The notes beneath the pieces were generated by a model. It was not told the origin of the DNA, did not search any database, and saw only the letters and a program-made list of their open reading frames with translations. The translations under genes and the position numbers were made by a program. Positions 23,877 to 33,612 of a DNA stretch of 64,000 nt are shown in pieces. How positions within the stretch are numbered: the stretch's first letter is position 1; each line of letters starts with the position of its first letter. Origin of the DNA: an uncultured Clostridia bacterium (GTDB taxonomy: Bacteria > Bacillota > Clostridia > Christensenellales > CAG-138); contig CAMOTD010000002.1 in assembly GCA_946625575.1 (NCBI GenBank), forward strand, positions 2,507 through 66,506, read 5' to 3'.

Positions 23877-24998
23877 TCAGCGCTTGTCAGCGGCAAAGAA
23901 TCCCCTTGCGGATACCGTTCTCATTACCTCGTCTGCAAGCTCCGAGTCCTTGATAATACGGAATTCGGGTATCCCGAACGCCTCGCCCGTATGCTCGAGA
24001 TAATGGATGAGGATATCGTAATAATCTCCCGACGCGCCGTGTTCCCGCGCGAGCTTCGGTATAACGACCTCATGTACTGTGCGGAGAGATATGCCCGGAT
24101 CGAGGCGCTTCGCATAATCGTAAACGAATTTGATAAGCGTATCGTACGCCTGTTTTTCATCCATGGTACGCTCGATGTAATAGTAGCTTCCGTCAAGCCC
24201 GTAGATGAATCTTTTCGCATCGTAATAACCGAGCTCCATATTGAATCTCGACTTCTCTGCAGAAAAATCGAGCGTGTTGCCGAGCCTCCTTTTGGGCTCG
24301 ATGTATTCGATATTGACGTCCTCCGGCGGACGCACCTTCTTTTCGATACCGAAATCGGAGATCCTGACGGCTATAATGTCCTTCGACCCATGCTGTATCA
24401 GGGGAGTGATCGGCAGAGAATCCGAAAACCCGCCGTCGGTAAAGCGCTTGCCGCCGAAAAGCGGCTCGTGCTTGAAGGCGGGAAAATACGCGCTCGCCAG
24501 GAGCATATCGCAGATCGCGTTATCGGGAAGCTCCTTAACATTAACGTCGACCTCCTTTTTATCGGTGATCGAGTATGTGACGATGTAAAAATCGACGTCG
24601 GACCGCATTATCTTTTTCGAATCGACGTATTCCCGCATGAGGTTTCTGAGCGGAGTCACGTCAAACCCTCCGCTGTTGAAAATGCTGATCGCCTTCCTTA
24701 AAAGCGGTCTTATCTCCTTCGTGGGGATATCGCGGCGGAATACGCGGCTCATGGTATCGTCGTTGACGTCCATGATCTGCGAATACCTTATATTGCGCCA
24801 CAGATCTACGGCGGAATCGAGCGAATGCATACACATGAGCGCCCCGTTGAGCGCGCCGACGGAGGTGCCGCTGACCGCGTTATACTTAAAGCCCTCCTCG
24901 TCGAGCGCCTTCCAAACGCCTATCTCGTAGCCGCCCTTCGCTCCGCCGCCGCCCAAAGCCACGGCGTATTCCTTTGTGAAATCGATACGCTTCTGCAT
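23877..24998 (-). CDS. patatin-like phospholipase family protein
   Basis: GGGAKGGYEIG oxyanion motif, GTSVGA (GxSxG) nucleophile, FTDGG catalytic Asp motif. Confidence 0.85.
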   Translation of the reverse strand: MQKRIDFTKEYAVALGGGGAKGGYEIGVWKALDEEGFKYNAVSGTSVGALNGALMCMHSLDSAVDLWRNIRYSQIMDVNDDTMSRVFRRDIPTKEIRPLLRKAISIFNSGGFDVTPLRNLMREYVDSKKIMRSDVDFYIVTYSITDKKEVDVNVKELPDNAICDMLLASAYFPAFKHEPLFGGKRFTDGGFSDSLPITPLIQHGSKDIIAVRISDFGIEKKVRPPEDVNIEYIEPKRRLGNTLDFSAEKSRFNMELGYYDAKRFIYGLDGSYYYIERTMDEKQAYDTLIKFVYDYAKRLDPGISLRTVHEVVIPKLAREHGASGDYYDILIHYLEHTGEAFGIPEFRIIKDSELADEVMRTVSARGFFAADKR

Positions 24999-24999
24999 C

Positions 25000-26349
25000 T
25001 TATCCTTCCGTGATCAGTTTGATGATCTCCTCCAGCTTCATCCCGCGCGAGGCCTTTACGAGCAGGGTATCCCCCGCCTTAAGCTCATTTTTAAGGAACT
25101 TCGCGGCTTCATCCCGTTCAAGATGGAACGTGCTGTTAAGCCCGTGCTCACGTGCGGAATCGGCTATTTCACGTCCGAGCTCGCCGACGGTGACGAGTAT
25201 TTCCGCGCAGCCGTTTGCCGCAAACTCGCCCACCTCGCGGTGAAGGGCGACCGTTCTTTCACCAAGCTCAAGCATATCGCCGAGAAGCGCAATGCGCCTG
25301 CCGGAGGCTTTGCCGAGCACGCCGAGGCTCGCCTTAACGGAAGTGGGACTCGCGTTATAGCAATCGTCGATAATGACGGCGCCGCGGTATTCAATGCGGC
25401 TCATCCTGCCCTGTACGGGAACGTAGCTTTCAAGCCCGGCTTTTATCTCCTCAAGCGTGAGCCCAAGCACCTTTCCCGCTGCAGCGGCGGCAAGGCTGTT
25501 CATTACCATATGTCTGCCGGAAGCGGGAAGATCGACGCGGATCTTCTCCCGACCCATGCAGAGAGTGAATTCCGTGCTCTCCATGCCGTGATAGACGATA
25601 TCCTCAGCCGACGAAAACATATCCCCGTCGATGCCGTAATACAGCGCTTTTTTCCCAGCGGGCACGGAATAGCCCGCAAGCTTATCATCCTCGCCGTTAA
25701 GTATCAGCGTATCGCCGCGCATATTGGCTACGAGCTCCGTTTTGGCTCTCAGCACGCCGTCGCGGTCGATGAGGTTCTCGGTATGCACGTTCTCGATGTT
25801 CGAGAATATCGCGATATCCGGTCTTGCGATACGGGAGATCCTCGTCATTTCACCGAAGTAGCTTATGCCCATCTCGAGCACCGCCACCTCGTTCTCCTCG
25901 GAAAGCCGGAACAGAGTCATCGGAAGTCCGAGCTCGTTATTATGATTCTTCTCCGTTTTGAGAACGCTGTACCTTTGGGAGAGCACAGCCGCGGTGAGCT
26001 CTTTTACGCTCGTCTTCCCGACGGAGCCCGTCACGCCGACGACGGTCACGGCGCTCTTCGTCCTGATGTAAGCGCCGAGTCTGCCGATCGCCTTATACGT
26101 AGAATCGACAACAATCTGCGGAACGGAGGAATCGACCTCCCTCTCAACGACGGCAGCAAGCATCCGTCCCTCGAGACCCTTTATAAAATCGTGCCCGTCG
26201 AATTTCTCACCGGTAAGCGCAAAAAATACGGAGCCGCTGTCGGAAAGGCGGCTGTCCGTAACGACGTTCCCCACGTATCCCGCGGGAAGCGCCGAGGTGG
26301 GACGACCCTCTACCGCGGCGGCGAATTCGTTAAGATCAATCTTTATCAT
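25000..26349 (-). CDS. murF: UDP-N-acetylmuramoyl-tripeptide--D-alanyl-D-alanine ligase
   Basis: 449 aa; GVTGSVGKTS P-loop and Mur ligase middle/C-terminal domain patterns. Adjacent to ddl. Confidence 0.9.
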   Translation of the reverse strand: MIKIDLNEFAAAVEGRPTSALPAGYVGNVVTDSRLSDSGSVFFALTGEKFDGHDFIKGLEGRMLAAVVEREVDSSVPQIVVDSTYKAIGRLGAYIRTKSAVTVVGVTGSVGKTSVKELTAAVLSQRYSVLKTEKNHNNELGLPMTLFRLSEENEVAVLEMGISYFGEMTRISRIARPDIAIFSNIENVHTENLIDRDGVLRAKTELVANMRGDTLILNGEDDKLAGYSVPAGKKALYYGIDGDMFSSAEDIVYHGMESTEFTLCMGREKIRVDLPASGRHMVMNSLAAAAAGKVLGLTLEEIKAGLESYVPVQGRMSRIEYRGAVIIDDCYNASPTSVKASLGVLGKASGRRIALLGDMLELGERTVALHREVGEFAANGCAEILVTVGELGREIADSAREHGLNSTFHLERDEAAKFLKNELKAGDTLLVKASRGMKLEEIIKLITEG

Positions 26350-27385
26350 ATTTGTTCATGCTTTCGTTGACAATTATCTCGCAAAGCTCTGGAAAATCGA
26401 TCCCGACCGCCTTCGCCTCCTGCGGGAGCAGGCTCATTGCGGTCATGCCGGGAAGGGTGTTCGCCTCAAGCGCATAAACTCCGCCCTTATCCGCAAGGAT
26501 GAAGTCGGTGCGCGAATACGCCGAAAGTCCGAGCTCCTCATGCACCTTGACGGCCGCCGCTTTCATTTCATCGGCAACGGACGCGGGGATATCGGCGGGA
26601 CAGATCTCTTCCGTCATGCCGGATTGGTATTTGTTCTTGTAATCGTAAAAGCCCGTCTTCGGCTTTATCTCGATGGGCGGCAGCGCGCGTCCGCCGAGCA
26701 CGCCGACGGAAAACTCGCGCCCCTTTACGTATTCCTCCGCAACCGCCTTCGCCTCATACGAAAGCGCAAGCTCGATCGCGGGCAGAAGCTCTTTTTCTTC
26801 CCTAACGATCGAAACGCCGACGGACGAACCTCCGCCAGCGGGTTTGACGACCATGGGCAGACCGACGGTTTTGAGTATCTCCTCGGCATATAAGACCTCG
26901 TTACCGTCGAAATCGCACCTGTTGAGCGTAGTTCCGAATGGCATGGAAACGCCCTTAACGGGAGCCATTATGCGCTTTGTAACAACCTTATCCATGGAGA
27001 CCGCGCAGCCCTTATGCCCCGAGCCCGTGTATTTTATGCCAAGGAGATCGAACGCCGCCTGAAGGCTGCCGTCCTCCCCCGCGCCGCCGTGCATTGCGGT
27101 GAAAACGATATCCGCCATACGGCAAACCTCGAGCACGTTTTTGCCGAAAAACACGCCGCGGTCAAGCAGCGCACCGAGATCCGGCGCGGTATCGCCGATA
27201 AGCGCGGTAACGCCTCCAAGATCGCTTTTGAAAAGCTCGTCCGACACATTTTCTATATCCGACGCGGAATCCACAAGGGCTACCAAATGTCCCTTTTTGC
27301 AGAGCGCCTTTGCCACCTGTGCGCCGGTCGAAAGTGAGACGTCCCTTTCCGGGCTTAATCCGCCGCAGAGAACTGCTATTTTCAT
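26336..27385 (-). CDS. ddl: D-alanine--D-alanine ligase
   Basis: MKIAVLCGGLSPERDVSLSTG..., ATP-grasp motifs (VVKPAGGGSSVGV, EANTLPGMT). ATG 27385 is preferred (AAGGA RBS) over 27403. Confidence 0.9.
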   Translation of the reverse strand: MKIAVLCGGLSPERDVSLSTGAQVAKALCKKGHLVALVDSASDIENVSDELFKSDLGGVTALIGDTAPDLGALLDRGVFFGKNVLEVCRMADIVFTAMHGGAGEDGSLQAAFDLLGIKYTGSGHKGCAVSMDKVVTKRIMAPVKGVSMPFGTTLNRCDFDGNEVLYAEEILKTVGLPMVVKPAGGGSSVGVSIVREEKELLPAIELALSYEAKAVAEEYVKGREFSVGVLGGRALPPIEIKPKTGFYDYKNKYQSGMTEEICPADIPASVADEMKAAAVKVHEELGLSAYSRTDFILADKGGVYALEANTLPGMTAMSLLPQEAKAVGIDFPELCEIIVNESMNKYDKD

Positions 27386-27472
27386 GATCTGTGTTCCTTT
27401 CATGGTTTAATCACATAATTACACAGTATAATTATAGCAGATTCCATGCCGATATGCAAACAATATAAAACG

Positions 27473-27498
27473 AAAAAGCGGAGCATGACGCTCCGCTT
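27473..27498 (-). terminator. intrinsic terminator after potD
   Basis: Minus strand AAGCGGAGC-GTCAT-GCTCCGCTT followed by TTTTCGTTTT. Confidence 0.65.
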
Positions 27499-27512
27499 GG
27501 ATCGAATCTTGA

Positions 27513-28610
27513 TCAGTTGCCCATCTTGGACTTGTACTCGGACCAGGCGTTGTTGAATACGTCGACGAAATCGCCGAGGTCATGGAACACGCTGCATCGG
27601 GCGAGGTCTTCCTCCGTGGGATTGAACACCTCGTTACCGACGAAATCCTCGTCGAGACGGTCAAGCGCGCCCTGATTGGGGGTGGAATAATAGATGAACT
27701 CGGTATTCCTCGCGGCGAGGTTCGCATCGTTAAGGAAGTTGATGAACGCATGCGCCGCCTCAACGTTCTTGGCGGACTTGGGGATGACGACGTTATCGAA
27801 CCATACGTTGGAGCCCTCCTTGGGGATGACGTAGGCAAGATCCTCGTTATCGTCCATAGCGGCCATGGCGTCGCCGGAATAGATGACGGCAAGCGCGGCT
27901 ATGCCGTTGGCCATATTGGTGCGGATATCGTCGGTGCCGATGCCGTAAAGGAGCGGGATCTGCTTTATAAGCTCCTCCTTCGCCTCGTTGACCTCGTCGG
28001 CGTTCCTGGTGTTGATGTCATAACCGAGCCTCAGAAGCGATACGGCGAGCGCGTCGCGCAGAGAATTGTACTGCCAGATCTGTCCGGCATACTTCTCGTC
28101 CCAGAGAATGTTCCAGCTGTCGACTTCATCATCGACCATCTTGGTATTGTAAAGGATGCCCACGGTGCCCCACATATAGGGAAGCGAATAGGTGTTGCCG
28201 GGATCGAAGGAATCGGTGATCTCGAGCATACGGGTCTGTATGTTCTTTATATTGGGAATCTTGGACTTATCGAGAGGAAGCACGAGATCGTCCGCGATCA
28301 GCTTCTCGATGATGTAATCGGAGGGGAAGCAAAGATCGTAGACGCAGTCCGCGCTGCGAAGCTTTATGAGCATATCCTCGTTGCTCGTCATCTCGACGTA
28401 ATTGACATGAACACCTGTCTCGTCCTCGAATATCTTAAGCAGCTCGGGATCGATGTACTCGCCCCAGTTGAGGATATTCAGCTCGCCGCCGATATTATCG
28501 TACTGATCGCCGTCGGCAAAGCTGTAGTCGGCTTTTTCCTTGCCGGAGGTGCACGCGGCAAGCGATGCCGCCATTACTAAAACGAGAACGATCACAAGAA
28601 ACTTTTTCAT
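27513..28610 (-). CDS. potD: spermidine/putrescine ABC transporter substrate-binding lipoprotein
   Basis: Lipobox LAAC and PotD-like periplasmic binding protein pattern. Last gene of the potABCD-type operon. Confidence 0.85.
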   Translation of the reverse strand: MKKFLVIVLVLVMAASLAACTSGKEKADYSFADGDQYDNIGGELNILNWGEYIDPELLKIFEDETGVHVNYVEMTSNEDMLIKLRSADCVYDLCFPSDYIIEKLIADDLVLPLDKSKIPNIKNIQTRMLEITDSFDPGNTYSLPYMWGTVGILYNTKMVDDEVDSWNILWDEKYAGQIWQYNSLRDALAVSLLRLGYDINTRNADEVNEAKEELIKQIPLLYGIGTDDIRTNMANGIAALAVIYSGDAMAAMDDNEDLAYVIPKEGSNVWFDNVVIPKSAKNVEAAHAFINFLNDANLAARNTEFIYYSTPNQGALDRLDEDFVGNEVFNPTEEDLARCSVFHDLGDFVDVFNNAWSEYKSKMGN

Positions 28611-29485
28611 CAGTTGTTTCCTCCCTTATCTTTAAGTTTGACTTTCTTGTTCTGTATTTCATACTCGCGCTCCTTGGCAAGCCTTCTCAGGTTGACGACG
28701 AGCAGCAGAGTAACGAGCGGAATGAATATTACCGTTGCGAGCGCGGGATTCACGCCCTTGGCTCCTCTTGCGGAGGAGTAGATGTAGACGGAAAGCACGC
28801 TCTTAAGATCGGATACGAAGTAGCTTATGACGAAATCGTCAAGGCTCATGGTAAGCGCCATTATAAAGCCGGAGCTGATGCCGGGCATTATATCGGGGAT
28901 GACCGCCTTGAACAGCGCCTGCGTCGGCGAGCAGCCAAGGTCCATAGCCGCCTCGTAAAGCAGGCCGGAGCTCTGCCTCAGGCGGGGCATTACCGAGAAG
29001 ATGACGTACGGTATGCTGAACGTGACGTGCGCGATAATGAGCTTGGGTATATCGCTTATATGCATGCCGACCCTTATCAGCATCGTGTTGACGAACGTGA
29101 ACAGCATCATAAACGTGATGCCCGTTACAAGATCGGGGTTCACCATGGGCAGCTGGGATACGTTCAGAAGCAGGTTCCTCGGCTTTTTCTTCATGGCGTA
29201 GATGCCTATCGCCGCGGCGGTGCCTATGACGGTCGCGACAAGGCTCGATATGATGGCGACCTCCAAAGTAAGGAGCAGCGCGCTGCCGGCTTCGCCCGCA
29301 AACAGATTCGAGTAGTTGGCGAAGGTGAAGCCCCTCCATTTGCCGAGGTTGGAGTAGATCACGCGCTTGCCCACCGTGAAATCGTTGAACGAGAACACGA
29401 TGAGGTAGATTATAGGCAGATACAGGAAGAAGAGCATCAGCCCGAGATAGACGTATTTGAAAGAACGAAGGAACTTTTTCACCAC
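28610..29485 (-). CDS. potC: spermidine/putrescine ABC transporter permease
   Basis: 6-TM BPD_transp_1 permease with EAAMDLG-S motif. Confidence 0.85.
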   Translation of the reverse strand: MVKKFLRSFKYVYLGLMLFFLYLPIIYLIVFSFNDFTVGKRVIYSNLGKWRGFTFANYSNLFAGEAGSALLLTLEVAIISSLVATVIGTAAAIGIYAMKKKPRNLLLNVSQLPMVNPDLVTGITFMMLFTFVNTMLIRVGMHISDIPKLIIAHVTFSIPYVIFSVMPRLRQSSGLLYEAAMDLGCSPTQALFKAVIPDIMPGISSGFIMALTMSLDDFVISYFVSDLKSVLSVYIYSSARGAKGVNPALATVIFIPLVTLLLVVNLRRLAKEREYEIQNKKVKLKDKGGNN

Positions 29486-30276
29486 ATCTGCCCTCCCTGC
29501 TGCTGATCTTTATCGAAATGGTTCATGATCAGCGTGGACACGAGCACGGAGATCAGAAGGATTATCGAAAGGGTGCTTCCCACGGAGTAATCGCCCGCGC
29601 TCGAATTGGTCTTGAACGCGGTCTCGATGATATTGCCGTAGAGCTGGTATTTGCCCTTTCCGATAAGCTCCGGCACGGAGAACGCCGTGATAGCGGGGAT
29701 GAACACCATCGTCACTCCCGAAACGATACCGGGAACGGAAAGCGGCAGCACGACGCGGAAGAACGTCTGCACGCTGTTCGCGCCGAGATCCCTCGACGCC
29801 TCGAGGAGCGCTTTATCGAGCTTGGAGAGCGTATTGTAAAGCGGCAGTATCATGAATGGCAGGAAGTCGTAAACGAGCACCATCAAAACCGATCCCTCGT
29901 TCCCGAGCGCATTGCCGAGCGCGGGGACCATGTACTCGAGAATGGATTTCCATGCGTAAGTCCTCAAAACGAAGTTCATCCACATCGGAACGAAGAAAAG
30001 CACCGATATGAAGCCCGCCACGGACTTTTTCATGTTCGAGAGTATGTATGCGATGGGATACGCGAGGAGCAGGCAGATGACCGTCGTCTTGAGCGAGATC
30101 ACAACGCTGCGCCAAAGCACGAGCCAGTTGAGCTTATTGGAAAGCGTCGCCCAGAACTTGGTCAGCGTGAAATGTCCGCCGACGTTGACCGCATAGTAGA
30201 TGATAAAGAACATCGGCACGACGATGAACAGTATCATCCACACTATGTATGGGTATGCGAAGAACTTGCGTTTCAT
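29479..30276 (-). CDS. potB: spermidine/putrescine ABC transporter permease
   Basis: 6-TM permease with EASRDLGA motif. Confidence 0.85.
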   Translation of the reverse strand: MKRKFFAYPYIVWMILFIVVPMFFIIYYAVNVGGHFTLTKFWATLSNKLNWLVLWRSVVISLKTTVICLLLAYPIAYILSNMKKSVAGFISVLFFVPMWMNFVLRTYAWKSILEYMVPALGNALGNEGSVLMVLVYDFLPFMILPLYNTLSKLDKALLEASRDLGANSVQTFFRVVLPLSVPGIVSGVTMVFIPAITAFSVPELIGKGKYQLYGNIIETAFKTNSSAGDYSVGSTLSIILLISVLVSTLIMNHFDKDQQQGGQMW

Positions 30277-30278
30277 CG

Positions 30279-31655
30279 TCAGTCCTCCTTATCGGTAAGA
30301 ACAAGGTCCTCCGCGTCGACCTTGATGCCGACCTCTTCGCCGTCCTCCATGAATTCATCGGTATGGGCGATCCAATCGTTCTCCTCACAGGAGACCGTGA
30401 TCTGGTAATGAGTGCCGAGGAACATGCATTCCTTTATCGTACCGGTGAGCTTCGCATCCTGCGGAGCGACTATCCTGACCTTTTCGGGAGCGATCTCGAC
30501 AAGCGCGATCTCCTTATTCTCATAATCGTCGAGCCCGTTCGCTTCAAAGCCGACGTTGTCGATATAGATCATGCCCTCGCCGGGCCATACCTCCGCGTCG
30601 AAGAGGTTCGTCGCCCTGGTCTTTTTCATGATATGGATGGCGTCGGGCGGTATCGAAATGCCGACCTGCTGACCGACGGCGGCGTAATCGGTGCTGTGAA
30701 CGACCCACTCGTAACCGCCGCAGTCGACGTCGATCTCATAATGAACGCCCATGAACACGACGGAAACGACCTTGCCGGAGATGCGCGCCGCGCTCGGATC
30801 GACGATATCGATATCCTCCGGGCGGATGACGACGTCCACCTCCACGTTCTTGCCGAAGCCCGCGTCCACGCAGGGGAAGGTCATGCCCTTCATCCTGACC
30901 TTGTAATCCTCAAGCATTACGCCGGGGATGATATTGCTCTCGCCTATGAAGTCGGCGACGAAGGGATTCTTCGGCTCGTTGTAGATATCGGTGGGGCGCC
31001 CGATCTGCTGGATCACGCCGTCCTTCATGACGACGATCGTATCGGACATGGTGAGCGCCTCCTCCTGATCGTGCGTGACGAATACGAAGGTTATGCCGAG
31101 CTGGCGCTGCATGCGCTTGAGCTCCACCTGCATCTCCTTCCTGAGCTTTAAGTCGAGCGCGCCGAGAGGCTCGTCCAGCAGGAGCACCTGAGGCTTGTTG
31201 ACGAGCGCGCGCGCAATGGCGACGCGCTGCTGCTGACCGCCCGAAAGCTGATCGATCCAGCGCTTGCCGTAACCCTCGAGATTGACGAGCTTGAGCATTG
31301 CGTTGACGTCCCGCTCGATATCCTTTTTGGGGGCGTGCTTGAGCTTCATGCCGAAGGCGATATTATCGAAAACGTTAAGATGCGGGAACAGCGCGTATTT
31401 CTGGAATACGGTATTGACCTGCCTTTTGTGAGGGGGCACGCCCTTCATATCCTTGCCGTCGATAAGCACGGTGCCGGAGGTGGGCGTTACGAAGCCTGCG
31501 ATAATGCGAAGGAGCGTCGTCTTGCCGCAGCCGGAAGGCCCGAGCAGGGTAAGGAATTCGCCGTCCCTAATATAAAGGTCGACGTTGTCAAGAGCAAGGC
31601 TGCCGTCATACTCCTTGGTGATGCCTTTTAACTCGATAAGCTTATTGGATTCCAT
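30279..31655 (-). CDS. potA: spermidine/putrescine ABC transporter ATP-binding protein with duplicated C-terminal TOBE-like domain
   Basis: Walker [10 protein letters not shown], signature LSGGQQQR, Walker B LLLDEP. 458 aa with two similar C-terminal beta domains. Confidence 0.9.
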   Translation of the reverse strand: MESNKLIELKGITKEYDGSLALDNVDLYIRDGEFLTLLGPSGCGKTTLLRIIAGFVTPTSGTVLIDGKDMKGVPPHKRQVNTVFQKYALFPHLNVFDNIAFGMKLKHAPKKDIERDVNAMLKLVNLEGYGKRWIDQLSGGQQQRVAIARALVNKPQVLLLDEPLGALDLKLRKEMQVELKRMQRQLGITFVFVTHDQEEALTMSDTIVVMKDGVIQQIGRPTDIYNEPKNPFVADFIGESNIIPGVMLEDYKVRMKGMTFPCVDAGFGKNVEVDVVIRPEDIDIVDPSAARISGKVVSVVFMGVHYEIDVDCGGYEWVVHSTDYAAVGQQVGISIPPDAIHIMKKTRATNLFDAEVWPGEGMIYIDNVGFEANGLDDYENKEIALVEIAPEKVRIVAPQDAKLTGTIKECMFLGTHYQITVSCEENDWIAHTDEFMEDGEEVGIKVDAEDLVLTDKED

Positions 31656-31676
31656 ATTGTCCCCCCGAAAAGAATA

Positions 31677-32216
31677 TTAGAAAGACGGCGGCGTCGTCAC
31701 CCAGATGACGCGCGCTTCGCGTTGTGCGCCGTTGATGAGATAATGCTCGCCCGTGGGCTTGAAGCAGAAGCTGTCGCCCTTATGGAGCTTGAACCTGCGC
31801 ATGCCTAGAACGAGCGTTACCGTGCCGGAGAGCACGTAGCCGAATTCCTCACCCTCGTGCGGATCGTCCGGATACGTCGAACCGCCGGCGCCGATGGTCA
31901 CGATTATGGGCTCCAGCGCGTTTTTCTGGGCATTGGGAACGAGCCAGCAAACGGAGGAATTGAACTCCTCATCCTCCTTGACGAACATATCCTCCGGAGT
32001 GAAGACGACCTTTTCATCCTCATCCCTTGCGAAGAAATCGGAAATATCCGTGCCGAGCGCCTCAAGAATGTCCATCAGCGTTGCGATGGAGGGCGACGTC
32101 AAATTCCTTTCAAGCTGGCTGATAAAGCCTTTTGAAAGCTCCGTCCGCGCAGCCAATTCCTCCTGCGTGAGACCGAGCTTCAAGCGCCTGTTTTTGATCC
32201 TGTCGCCAATATCCAT
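31677..32216 (-). CDS. XRE-family HTH + cupin domain transcriptional regulator (PuuR-like)
   Basis: IGDRIKNRRLKLGLTQEELAARTELSKGFISQLERN HTH_3 and a C-terminal cupin (HEGEEFGYVLSG...GDSFCF). First gene of the pot transcription unit. Confidence 0.85.
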   Translation of the reverse strand: MDIGDRIKNRRLKLGLTQEELAARTELSKGFISQLERNLTSPSIATLMDILEALGTDISDFFARDEDEKVVFTPEDMFVKEDEEFNSSVCWLVPNAQKNALEPIIVTIGAGGSTYPDDPHEGEEFGYVLSGTVTLVLGMRRFKLHKGDSFCFKPTGEHYLINGAQREARVIWVTTPPSF

Positions 32217-32243
32217 GATCGACTGCCTCCCGGATAACGATGC

Positions 32244-32263
32244 TAAACTGAAAGTTTATAAAC
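32244..32263. promoter_or_regulatory. overlapping palindromes (TAAACT-GAA-AGTTTA and GTTTATAAAC), candidate operator upstream of the XRE/cupin-pot operon
   Basis: Perfect dyads read directly, 30-45 nt upstream of the regulator ATG. Confidence 0.3.
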
Positions 32264-32398
32264 ACTAAACTATCATAACAGAATTAAAACACTTTTTCTC
32301 CGTTTTGTCAACAAATTTCAACATATATATTATTTGATGCAATCGATCGATAAGGATAAGCATTACTAAACTTGTTGTTTAGAGAAAGCTGACGCGTC

Positions 32399-33403
32399 TT
32401 ACAGTTCGCGAATATCCGTGATAAGCCCTTCCGAAAACTCGAATACGAGCCTCCGGGGCGTCACGATACGCCCGTTCCCGGACGTGAGACCGACGGTCGC
32501 CTTGCCCGTCTGCTCCTCGGCGGGATAGATCCTCTCGCCGTCATATTCGCCGAAATACTCCCGGAGCGAGTCCGCACCGACGGACGAAGCCAGCTCGTCT
32601 GCGAGGAATTCCCTGCCGTCATATATGCCGAGCCTGATTTCCTGAACGACGGACAGCGCTTTTTCCGCGTCCGTCCCGGGCGAGATACCTGTGCTTGTGA
32701 AAAAGCCGATCTCGCTTGAAATAAGACGGGTCCCCGCATTCGAATAGGTATATCGTTCCTTTCTCGAGTGTCCTTTCACGGTTCCGAGATTAGTTATCAG
32801 CGCGATACAGCCATCCTCGATATGCGCTTCGTCCGCTTCCGCGTCGAATACCGTTTCCGCTTTGGAATTCAGAAGTATCAATCTTTGCTTTTTTCCGTGT
32901 ACCGCGCTGACCGTAAGCAGCCTTGAGCTGCCGGCGTCGACGACGGAAAGCCTTCCGTCGCTCCCGGCGCCGAGAGAAAGCGAGAACGTCTCCCCTCCCC
33001 TCGGCGTGAGCGCAAGCCGCAGCCCGCCGTCGCGGTAAAGCTCCGCCGCAGCCCGTTGTTCTCCATAGAAATACTCCGTCTTATCGAGGGAAAAGGGCGT
33101 CTGCGCCGTCTGAGACAATGCGTAGGCGGGAACGAGCTCGACTTCGATCACGTCCTGCCAATCGACGATCGCGAGCGAGGCTGACGCAGCGCCGTCCTTC
33201 CCGAAAGCAATACGGTGTAAGACCGGCACGGGTATCGCAGCGTCCGCACCGTCGTTAATGCTCCATAGAGTAAATACCATTTCGCCGCTTCTTGAAACGG
33301 GTATGATCAGCGGCTCTCCCGGAGCAACCCGAAACGCAGTCCCCGATACAAAAACGCAGCACTCTTCCTGCGAGGTAAAAATCACGGCGGCAGCTCTTTC
33401 CAT
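32399..33403 (-). CDS. hypothetical protein (334 aa, no signal peptide, no recognisable domain)
   Basis: Long ORF with host-like G+C and codon bias, flanked by A+T-rich intergenic regions. The antisense ORFs within it are short. Confidence 0.7.
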   Translation of the reverse strand: MERAAAVIFTSQEECCVFVSGTAFRVAPGEPLIIPVSRSGEMVFTLWSINDGADAAIPVPVLHRIAFGKDGAASASLAIVDWQDVIEVELVPAYALSQTAQTPFSLDKTEYFYGEQRAAAELYRDGGLRLALTPRGGETFSLSLGAGSDGRLSVVDAGSSRLLTVSAVHGKKQRLILLNSKAETVFDAEADEAHIEDGCIALITNLGTVKGHSRKERYTYSNAGTRLISSEIGFFTSTGISPGTDAEKALSVVQEIRLGIYDGREFLADELASSVGADSLREYFGEYDGERIYPAEEQTGKATVGLTSGNGRIVTPRRLVFEFSEGLITDIREL

Positions 33404-33612
33404 ACGATCTCCTATCTGTTATTTATTTCACATTAAATCTATGAGCTTGCGGGTTTTCAAATAACGGTTGTAAATTATTTACGCATTGTTAAAATTTATG
33501 TCAACGTTGTTAACCAGCACAAAAAATATTTTAATAAATATCTTGCTTTTTTCGCACAGATGTGATAAAATCCGTTTAGCATAATTTATATAATTTTCAG
33601 GAGATATGTGAT

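Noticed and set aside
23877-24998. Patatin-like phospholipase as a CBASS (CapV-like) or other defence effector
   Set aside because: There is no cyclase, CD-NTase or other defence gene nearby. It is embedded in the murF-ddl cell-wall cluster and has host-like composition, so it is most likely a housekeeping lipase.
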